A stretch of 64,000 nt of DNA from positions 17,850 to 81,849 of the forward strand of contig JACDOI010000004.1 of NCBI GenBank assembly GCA_017656145.1. Direction: 5' to 3'. The DNA is from Bacillota bacterium. GTDB taxonomy: Bacteria; Bacillota; Limnochordia; Limnochordales; ZCTH02-B6. The position numbers and the translations under genes are program-made. The notes beneath the pieces were generated by a model that was not told where the DNA came from, searched no databases, and saw only the letters and a list, made by a program, of their open reading frames with translations. Shown here piece by piece: positions 27,043-34,341 of this stretch; position 1 is the stretch's first letter, and every line of letters begins with the position of its first letter.

Positions 27043-28926
27043 TTGAGAAATAGAAATGGATGCTTCCGCCTCGCGCAAGGGCCGGCCACTTTGGGGGGAG
27101 ACGGGGTGTTGGTGCACGTCGCCGGGGGCGCGGGTTGCTTATTGCTGCTGTGGACGATTCGCACCGTCCGTGTGCAGCGCGGTGCCATGAGGATGGCCAG
27201 AAGGCTGGACGACGCCCTTCGCTGGGGTGACGGTGCCTCACCCCTTTGCGCATCCATTCCCAAACCGGCTGCGGTAGACACCTTGCTCCATGACTTGCAA
27301 AACCGTGTTTCCGAGGCCCTCCAAAGTGAGGTTCAGCGACATGGTGCGGCAACGGCCGCGCGATCTCCCCAGGCCGCACCCCTGCCTTCGTGGGTGCCCG
27401 TATTGGATATCGGGCTGGCCGGCGTCGACCAAGTGCAGTCCCTGATGAAGATCGATCCACGCGTCATCGAGGGGATGGATTTCTGGCTGTCCGAGGATTT
27501 GGGAGACTTCTCCACCCTTCAGCGCGTCGTGTCCGAGGCGGCCGCCGGTGAGAATTACGGCCGTTGGCTCGATACGCTCAAAGGTTACGCCGCCGAGCAG
27601 ATCGCGGCCGATGTTTTAGTTTCCAGCGGCGCCCACGTGGAGCTTGCCCCGAACCCCAATCAAGCTGGGTGGGATTTGCGGGTCGACGGCGAGTACTACA
27701 ACGTGAAGGTGGGCACGACCGCCTCCCACATCGAACAGCACTTTCAAGAGTATCCGGACATCGGTGTGGTCACGAGCCCGGAACTGGCGGCCCAGTTCCC
27801 GGAATACGCGGATCAGATCATCGCGCTCCCCGAACTGTCCAACGAGAACCTGGTGGAAGCCGTCGAAGAGACCGTGAGTGGCGTGACCGGTGTAGATTGG
27901 GATTTCCCGTTCCCGGTGGTCACCGCCGTCTACTCCGGCATCCGGGAGCTGGATCTCCTGCTTTCGGGGGACACCGAGTTGGGGACCAGCCTGCGCAATC
28001 TCGGGCTTGACGTGGCCGGGACGGGCGGCGGCAGTTGGCTGGGCGGAAAGGCGGGCTCGGCACTGGGCTTGGCCATCGGGGGCCCGCCGGGAGTGGTGAT
28101 CGGCGGTGTCGTGGGTGGCATTGCCGGCGCGCTGTTTGGACGCAGTTTCACCAACCAGATCAAACTGGACGCCCTCAACCGGGCAAGGGAGCAGTTTGAG
28201 CGCAAGCGCGACGAGATACAGGCCCAGCTGACCGTGAAACACCAGAATTTGCAGGAGGCCGTGCTGACTCAGGTCAATGGCGTGCAGCGGGAGCTGCGGA
28301 CGTCATTGCGGCAGATGGAGGAGATGCACCGGGCCAACGCCTGTCGCATCAAGGCCGATTACGAAGCAGCCGTCGCCCGGTTTGTCGCCACTGTTCCTGG
28401 ATGTCTGGAAGCGGCCGCCGACCGGATTGCCAACACGACGGCGAGTGCCCTCACGGAGATGCCCGAGTCCCCTTGGCTCGTTCGCCTTGTGTGGCCATCC
28501 CAGCGGGATATCGAAAAGGAAGCGTTCGCCCTTTGGAGCCGGCGCGAGCAGCGGAGGCTGCGCGGCGCCGCGCGCAAGATCCGCCGTTTCACGCGGGTCT
28601 ACGGGACGCAAACAGCTTATGCCAAGACGCTTGCGGTCTTGGAAGACCGGCTGCTGCAAGTGACTGAGCTGGCGCCGGCCGTTGAGGAACTGAGCAAGGC
28701 TCACGTTCAAGCATTGACAGCTCTGGCTGTGGAGCGGGCAAAGCTGGAGCACGAATGTAAAGGCGCGGTTGCAGCAGCCGTTCGCCGGCTTGCCGCCGTC
28801 ATCACCGAGGAAACGACAAAGCTTCATGCCTGGTTGGAGGAACAGGCCGAGGCGTTGCGCTCGTTGGGAGACCAGGTGCGCGCGGAGATGAGGCGGCTGG
28901 GCCTGAAGCCGACTCCCGGACAGTGA
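27043..28926 (+). CDS. Uncharacterised protein: Mrr-like PD-(D/E)xK-type motif + glycine-zipper hydrophobic segment + long coiled-coil C-terminus
   Basis: A long ORF with a paralog at 61669-63177. Motifs are KGYAAEQIAADVL...GWDLRVDGEYYNVKVG and GTGGGSWLGGKAGSALGLAIGGPPGVVIGGVVGGIAGALFG. The start is uncertain (27043, GTG 27106 after GGGGGGAG, or ATG 27187). Confidence 0.7.
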   Translation: MRNRNGCFRLAQGPATLGGDGVLVHVAGGAGCLLLLWTIRTVRVQRGAMRMARRLDDALRWGDGASPLCASIPKPAAVDTLLHDLQNRVSEALQSEVQRHGAATAARSPQAAPLPSWVPVLDIGLAGVDQVQSLMKIDPRVIEGMDFWLSEDLGDFSTLQRVVSEAAAGENYGRWLDTLKGYAAEQIAADVLVSSGAHVELAPNPNQAGWDLRVDGEYYNVKVGTTASHIEQHFQEYPDIGVVTSPELAAQFPEYADQIIALPELSNENLVEAVEETVSGVTGVDWDFPFPVVTAVYSGIRELDLLLSGDTELGTSLRNLGLDVAGTGGGSWLGGKAGSALGLAIGGPPGVVIGGVVGGIAGALFGRSFTNQIKLDALNRAREQFERKRDEIQAQLTVKHQNLQEAVLTQVNGVQRELRTSLRQMEEMHRANACRIKADYEAAVARFVATVPGCLEAAADRIANTTASALTEMPESPWLVRLVWPSQRDIEKEAFALWSRREQRRLRGAARKIRRFTRVYGTQTAYAKTLAVLEDRLLQVTELAPAVEELSKAHVQALTALAVERAKLEHECKGAVAAAVRRLAAVITEETTKLHAWLEEQAEALRSLGDQVRAEMRRLGLKPTPGQ

Positions 28927-28932
28927 TCTCAC

Positions 28933-29710
28933 CAGCGGGCCGGGACCGGAATCCGGACGGGAGCCGCTTTTGGGCCGCTTTGGGCTACTCCTTCAGCTTC
29001 TTTGCGACCGACGCCAGTTTCGCATCCATGTCGCTGGGCTTATCCCGGCGGTCGTCGACTTTGATGACTGAGGAAATGCGTACGGCACCCAGCTCGGCCA
29101 CGGCCTCGTGCATCTTGAGGATTACATCGAAGATGTCCTTCAGGTCGCCTTGGATGGTGGTGAACATCGGATCCATGCGGTACTTGATCCGGGGCTCTGC
29201 TCGCAACACCTTCTCAGCCGCCGCCACATAGCGGCTGACGCTCGTTTCTCCCGTCCCGATGGGGGTGATGCTTACGGCGACGATGGCCATCGGCGATGCC
29301 TCCTTCACGGCTCTTTCCGGGTGACTTCGCTTCCGGCCGCCGAAAGGGGCGTCCGGGGCGCCGGCAAATGCGACCGGGCCGCCGGCAAGCGCAACCGAAA
29401 AACCGGATTGCCTGGCAGCTCACTCGGCGATGCTCATGCCCGGTGTAAACTATAGTAGCCGCGGAAACCGGGTAAGAAAGTTCCGCGGCCGGGTTACAGG
29501 GACCTTCCACACCTAGTGGTCCGCCGCCTGCGGAGTGAACAACGACAAGCGGGTAAAGCTTATGGCCGTAGCGGCCCGGCGGGGATTGCGGGGGGATTCC
29601 GAACTCATCAACGAGGCTGTATACCGATACTTGCGAAAGGAAGAGGGCCGCCAAGCCAGTGTGCAGAAGGTTCTCGAGCTGGACGGAGCTCTTATGGTTG
29701 AGGAGCAGCG
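28933..29710. repeat. Direct repeat copy B (partner at 22560-23340)
   Basis: See copy A. The offset is +6369 across the identical tract. Confidence 0.9.
28985..29290 (-). CDS. MTH1187/YkoF-family (DUF77) protein, copy B (identical to copy A)
   Basis: The translation, RBS and leader are identical to copy A. Confidence 0.75.
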   Translation of the reverse strand: MAIVAVSITPIGTGETSVSRYVAAAEKVLRAEPRIKYRMDPMFTTIQGDLKDIFDVILKMHEAVAELGAVRISSVIKVDDRRDKPSDMDAKLASVAKKLKE

Positions 29711-29852
29711 TGCGCCATTTTCGCCCAAAAAAGTGTGGAACTGCTCTTCACCGAGCGCGCTGTTCCCTGATACCAGACGTGAAACAGACCGGACGTCCTT
29801 TATCGGGGTGCCGAAAGGGCAAGGTTCCAGGCACTGGGACATGACCGTGTAA
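29535..29852 (+). pseudogene. RHH antitoxin-like gene fused to PIN C-terminal debris (copy B of the vapBC-like module)
   Basis: The N-terminus KRVKLMAVAARRGLRGDSELINEAVYRYL is homologous to copy A. After ALMVEEQ the sequence jumps to cgtgcgccattttcgcccaaaaaag, matching the copy A PIN C-terminal DNA cgtgcgcgatttttcgcccataaaag. Confidence 0.5.
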
Positions 29853-29957
29853 ACGCGCCGCCGGGTTTCTCCCTCCCGCGCCGGAGTCTCGCACAAATAG
29901 CTGACTTATATACACCAATGATAATAATCTTATTTATCGTTTTAATGGTAGATAGCA

Positions 29958-29986
29958 TTGACGTGTCGACCGGTACATGTTATGCT
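29958..29986 (+). promoter_or_regulatory. Putative promoter of the ROK/rhamnosidase operon (TTGACG-17 nt-TATGCT, with TGT extension)
   Basis: Read directly in an AT-rich intergenic region. Confidence 0.5.
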
Positions 29987-29990
29987 TGAG

Positions 29991-30015
29991 TTAGTTCACA
30001 AAGAATATTAACTAA
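29991..30015 (+). promoter_or_regulatory. 25-bp inverted repeat TTAGTT-N13-AACTAA, XylR/ROK-type operator candidate
   Basis: The half-sites and overall length resemble my recollection of the Bacillus xylO operator (TTAGTTT...AAACTAA). It lies between the putative -10 element and the ROK gene start. Confidence 0.5.
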
Positions 30016-30027
30016 GGTCGATGTTCG

Positions 30028-31248
30028 ATGGGCGCTGAACGTCACAAGGGTGATCAAAGTACCCTGCGCGCCTCAAACAGGCGGCGGGTTCTCAACTACG
30101 TGCGTCGGCTTGGCCCTGTGAGCCGTAGCCAGCTCGCTAAGCTCACCGGCCTCAGTGCTGCCGCCATCTCGCAAATCACGGCCGCGCTGATCGAAGAGGG
30201 GCTTCTGGTGGAGCGGAGTTTTGGCGAGGCCGGAGCCGCTGGCGGCCGTCGCCCTATCCTGCTTGCCACCAATTACGCGGCGTACTATTCCGTGGGCATC
30301 AAGCTTCGCGAGGATCGTCTGGAGGCGGTCCTCACAGATCTTTCTACCCGTGTGCTCGCACACATGACCGCTTCTCTTGAGGATCGCTCACCGGAGAACG
30401 TAGCCGCACAGGTGGCATCGGCCTGCAGGCGACTGTTCGAAGACAGGAACGTGCGGCAGGAAAATGTGGTGGGTGTAGGGATTGGTCTCTCAGGCGTAAT
30501 CGACGCAGATCGGGGAATTGCTGTCCACGTGCCCCTCTTGGGTTGGCGCAACGTGCCCATCTCACAGTACGTCGCCGAACAGACCGGACTACCTGCTTTC
30601 GTCGACAACGACGTCAACGCCTTTGCCGCCGCGGAACGGCTCTTCGGCCATGGCAAGAATGCTCGCAACTTCCTGGTCGTGGCCGTTGGGCGAGGTGTGG
30701 GCGGAGCCCTGGTTGTCAACGGGGAGATTTACCGCGGCCGAAACGGCGGTGCGGGTGAGTTCGGCCACAACATAGTCGTTCCGAATGGGCGTCGCTGCAG
30801 CTGCGGGCGACTGGGATGTTTAGAAGCCTATACCTCGGAACCAGCCCTCGTTTCTCAATTCGTCGAACGCCATCCCGAACACGCCGGAATTACCATTGAC
30901 GAACTTGTGCACTTGGCCAATACCGGCCACCGCACGGCCCGGTCGATCCTTTCCGACGCGGGACGACTTCTTGGCACTCACCTCTCCTATCTGGTCAACG
31001 CTTTCAATCCGGAACTCATCATCTTCGGCGGAGAGGCTGCCCGTCTTGGAACGGTCTACTTCGATCCCCTGAGAGAAACAATGCGTGCCCTAGTCTTCGA
31101 TTACGCAGGGCATGACCTACCTTTCATCGTGATCCCGTGGTACGACGACGATTTTACGCCCTGGGCCCGGGGTGCGGCAAGCCTTGCCGCACAGTATGCC
31201 TTTGACACGGGAAGTCTACATCATTTGAAAGGAGAGTTAAAGAGATGA
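30028..31248 (+). CDS. ROK-family transcriptional repressor (XylR/NagC-like)
   Basis: An N-terminal winged HTH (NRRRVLNYVRRLGPVSRSQLAKLTGLSAAAISQITAALIEEGLL) is followed by a ROK sugar-kinase-like body with the Zn motif CSCGRLGCLEAY. Confidence 0.85.
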   Translation: MGAERHKGDQSTLRASNRRRVLNYVRRLGPVSRSQLAKLTGLSAAAISQITAALIEEGLLVERSFGEAGAAGGRRPILLATNYAAYYSVGIKLREDRLEAVLTDLSTRVLAHMTASLEDRSPENVAAQVASACRRLFEDRNVRQENVVGVGIGLSGVIDADRGIAVHVPLLGWRNVPISQYVAEQTGLPAFVDNDVNAFAAAERLFGHGKNARNFLVVAVGRGVGGALVVNGEIYRGRNGGAGEFGHNIVVPNGRRCSCGRLGCLEAYTSEPALVSQFVERHPEHAGITIDELVHLANTGHRTARSILSDAGRLLGTHLSYLVNAFNPELIIFGGEAARLGTVYFDPLRETMRALVFDYAGHDLPFIVIPWYDDDFTPWARGAASLAAQYAFDTGSLHHLKGELKR

Positions 31249-32525
31249 AAGGACGCCTTTGGTGGGTAGTCGTAGCGAGCGTGGGCATCGCGTTGTTTGC
31301 CGGCGGCGTATCGGTCGCCCAGGGTTCAAACGTCATCCATTTCCTGAGCGTGCAGCAGGAGACCGAGGGCTTTACCAGGATCATTGGTGAACTGGCCAGG
31401 GAGTACGAGACTCAGCACCCAAATGTGCAGTATAAGTACGAGTTCGTCGCCCAAACGGACCTACTTCGGCGGATCCAGCTGCTGGCCGCCAACAGGAATC
31501 TCCCCACGCTTTTCAACTACGAATCGGGTCAACCGCTCCGGCAACTGATCGACAGCGGCCTGGTCCTTGACATTGAAGCCACCTTTAAGGAGCTGGGGCT
31601 TTACGACAGACTCAACCCGGCCGCCGTCAAGTTGCTAAAGGGCTTGGTCGGTGACGCAGGGCTTTACGCGCTTCCTCTCGAGTTGAACGTCGAGGGGTTC
31701 TGGTACAACAAGGAACTCTTCGCGCGGTACGGGCTGGGTGTGCCGCAGACGTGGGATGATCTGTTGCAGGCAGCCGAAACATTCCACAGAAACGGTATCC
31801 AACCGTTCGCTGTGTCGGGCATTCAGAAATGGCCCATCACCCGGCTCATTAACGGCTACGTCATGCGCCGGTATGGTCATGATGTGATGGCCCGGGTTCA
31901 GCGGGCCGAGCTCAAGGTCACCGATGAAGGTTTCATAGAGGCAGCGCGAGTGGTGCAGGAGATGGGGCTTAAGGGGTATTTCGGCAGGGGCGTCAATACT
32001 CTCGACTACGCCCCGGCCCAGGACCTTTTCCTGCAAGGTAGAGCAGCGATGTACTACATGGGCAGCTGGGCGTTGCGAGACTTCAACAATCCACAAGTCA
32101 ACTTGATCGGGCCGGAGAACATCGGATTCTTCAACATACCCCTGGTGGAGGACGGTGTCGGCACCCTTGCCGACTACTCGATCAATGCGGGCCTGACGAC
32201 CTCCATATCCTCGAACGCGTACGATGCTGAGCTGGGGGAGTGGTTGAAGTACGTATTTGCCCGTTATGGAGACCGGGCGATGAGCGTACTCGGCATGATC
32301 ACCGGCTTCAGAGTTGAAGCCGTGCCGCACGATGTCCCCGCACTCACCCGTCTGGTGTTGGAGCACCTCGACCAGGCGCAAAACGGTGCTCCGTGGTTTG
32401 AGGCCTACTTCGGGCCGAGGGCGACTTCAGTCGCCTGGGACAACGCGCAGCTTCTGGTCACGGGCGACATCACCCCTGAGCAGTATATGGCTGAGCTCCA
32501 GCGGGCTCTTGATGGTGAACGGTAA
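31245..32525 (+). CDS. Carbohydrate ABC transporter substrate-binding protein (family 1)
   Basis: The ATGA start overlaps the ROK stop. It has a signal peptide and a 426-aa SBP-like sequence. Confidence 0.8.
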   Translation: MKGRLWWVVVASVGIALFAGGVSVAQGSNVIHFLSVQQETEGFTRIIGELAREYETQHPNVQYKYEFVAQTDLLRRIQLLAANRNLPTLFNYESGQPLRQLIDSGLVLDIEATFKELGLYDRLNPAAVKLLKGLVGDAGLYALPLELNVEGFWYNKELFARYGLGVPQTWDDLLQAAETFHRNGIQPFAVSGIQKWPITRLINGYVMRRYGHDVMARVQRAELKVTDEGFIEAARVVQEMGLKGYFGRGVNTLDYAPAQDLFLQGRAAMYYMGSWALRDFNNPQVNLIGPENIGFFNIPLVEDGVGTLADYSINAGLTTSISSNAYDAELGEWLKYVFARYGDRAMSVLGMITGFRVEAVPHDVPALTRLVLEHLDQAQNGAPWFEAYFGPRATSVAWDNAQLLVTGDITPEQYMAELQRALDGER

Positions 32526-32583
32526 CCTGCTCGCCGGGTGGTGTCGATCGGCGCCACCCGGCCCTTCGTGCGGTCCTCTGGGA

Positions 32584-33477
32584 GTGAGTGGCTTGGAAAA
32601 AGTGTTGCGCGACCGCAAGGCCATCCTGATCTTCGTGGGACCTGCCTTGCTGCTTTATGTTCTGGTTCTTCTGGTGCCTATCGGATGGTCGGTCGTCTAC
32701 ACGTTCTACGACGGGTCGCCGATCACAGGGTTCAGGTATGTGGGGATGGCCAACTTTGCGAGGCTGTTCCGGGACCAGACCTTCTTGAGGAGTTTCTGGT
32801 TCACTACCCGCTACGCCCTTCTGGTCTCCGGGGGCCAGATTGTGATGGGCCTGCTCTTGGCACTCTTGTATCACTTCTATCTAAAAAGGGCGTCGTCAAT
32901 CGTTCGGACGCTGGTCTTCTTCCCGGTCGTTTTGCCCACCGTGGCCGTGGCCCAGATGTTCCAGAAGTTCTTTGAAATTACACCTCAATACGGCCTGGTC
33001 AACGCGATCCTTGCCGTCCTGCGCCTGGAGCAGCTCGTTCAGCCCTGGCTCGGCCAGGGGAGCACGGCCTTTTGGGTCCTGGTCATCATGGATATCTGGA
33101 AAGCGATGGGTTTCTACGCGGTGCTACTTTATGCCGGTCTCATCGAGATCCCGGAAGAGTTGATCGAGGCGGCCCGGCTGGACGGGGCGTCGGGTTGGAG
33201 CCTAGTACGGTTCATGATCGTACCGCTTTTGACCCCCGTCCTTGTGTCCTCACTAATTTTCAGCCTCAACGGAACCCTGAAAGTCTTCGACTCGGTAGTG
33301 GCCCTTACTGGCGGCGGTCCAGGTACGACCACCACTCCGTTGACGTTGTACATGTACAAGGCTGCCTTTACGTACAACGAGTACGGATACGGCAGCGCCG
33401 TGGCCGTCCTCCTCACACTCTACAGCCTACTCTTCACGCTCCTGATCTACCGCCGGGCCCGGCAGAACGTCGCGTGA
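32584..33477 (+). CDS. Carbohydrate ABC transporter permease (MalF/UgpA-like)
   Basis: EAA loop IEAARLDGASGWSLVRFMIVPLL. The start is GTG 32584, TTG 32593 or GTG 32602. The tracked start at 32314 lies inside the SBP gene. Confidence 0.8.
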   Translation: MSGLEKVLRDRKAILIFVGPALLLYVLVLLVPIGWSVVYTFYDGSPITGFRYVGMANFARLFRDQTFLRSFWFTTRYALLVSGGQIVMGLLLALLYHFYLKRASSIVRTLVFFPVVLPTVAVAQMFQKFFEITPQYGLVNAILAVLRLEQLVQPWLGQGSTAFWVLVIMDIWKAMGFYAVLLYAGLIEIPEELIEAARLDGASGWSLVRFMIVPLLTPVLVSSLIFSLNGTLKVFDSVVALTGGGPGTTTTPLTLYMYKAAFTYNEYGYGSAVAVLLTLYSLLFTLLIYRRARQNVA

Positions 33478-33498
33478 GAGACGGAGGTGGGAAGGACC

Positions 33499-34338
33499 AT
33501 GAACTACGTATCCCGATACGCCCGCCGTTGGCTTCTGAACCTCCTTGTTGCGATTCTCGTGGCGGTTTCGCTGTACCCGGTCGTTTGGCTGCTTCTCTCG
33601 TCGATCAAATCCCCGCACGAGTTCACCACGCGACCCATCTACGCTCTTCCCGAAGGCTTCTACTGGGAGAATTACGTCCGGGCCTGGACGACAGGCAGGA
33701 TGGGGGTGTACTTCAAGAACAGCGTACTGGTCACCTTCCCCTCGATCCTGCTCGTCCTTATTCTCGGCGTCGCGGCGGCCTTCGGCATCGAGATCCTGAG
33801 GTGGAAGTTCAGGAATTTGGTGCTTCTGTTCTTCCTCGGAGGAATCATGATTCCGGTTCAGATCGTGCTCCTGCCGCTCTTTACGATTTACTACAGGATT
33901 GGACTCCTTGATAGTTACTGGGGGTTGATCCTAACCTACGTAGCTTTTGCCCTGCCGCTCACGGTATTCTTGCTGGCGGCGTACTTGAAGACGCTTCCGA
34001 GAGAGGTGCTTGAGTCGGCAATTTTGGACGGGGCTAGCATCTACCAGGTCTTCTTCCGAGTGGCCCTGCCAATGGTCAAGAGCTCACTTGTGACCGTGAC
34101 CCTGGTCCAGTTCTTTTTCATCTGGAACGACCTGCTTCTATCCATGACCTTCATTAGCGATACTGAACTTCGGACCGTTCAGACTGGACTTCTCAGCTTC
34201 GTCAGCCAATACGGCCAGATCGATTGGGGGCCGACATTTGCGTCTACTTCGTTGGCCGTGGTGCCCACGCTGGTGATTTATCTGCTCCTTAACAAGATGG
34301 TCATGAAAGGGCTGACGGCGGGGGCGGTGAAGGGTTAA
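33499..34338 (+). CDS. Carbohydrate ABC transporter permease (MalG/UgpE-like)
   Basis: GGAGGTGG sits ~9 nt before ATG 33499. EAA loop LESAILDGASIYQVFFRVALPMV. Confidence 0.8.
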   Translation: MNYVSRYARRWLLNLLVAILVAVSLYPVVWLLLSSIKSPHEFTTRPIYALPEGFYWENYVRAWTTGRMGVYFKNSVLVTFPSILLVLILGVAAAFGIEILRWKFRNLVLLFFLGGIMIPVQIVLLPLFTIYYRIGLLDSYWGLILTYVAFALPLTVFLLAAYLKTLPREVLESAILDGASIYQVFFRVALPMVKSSLVTVTLVQFFFIWNDLLLSMTFISDTELRTVQTGLLSFVSQYGQIDWGPTFASTSLAVVPTLVIYLLLNKMVMKGLTAGAVKG

Positions 34339-34341
34339 CGC

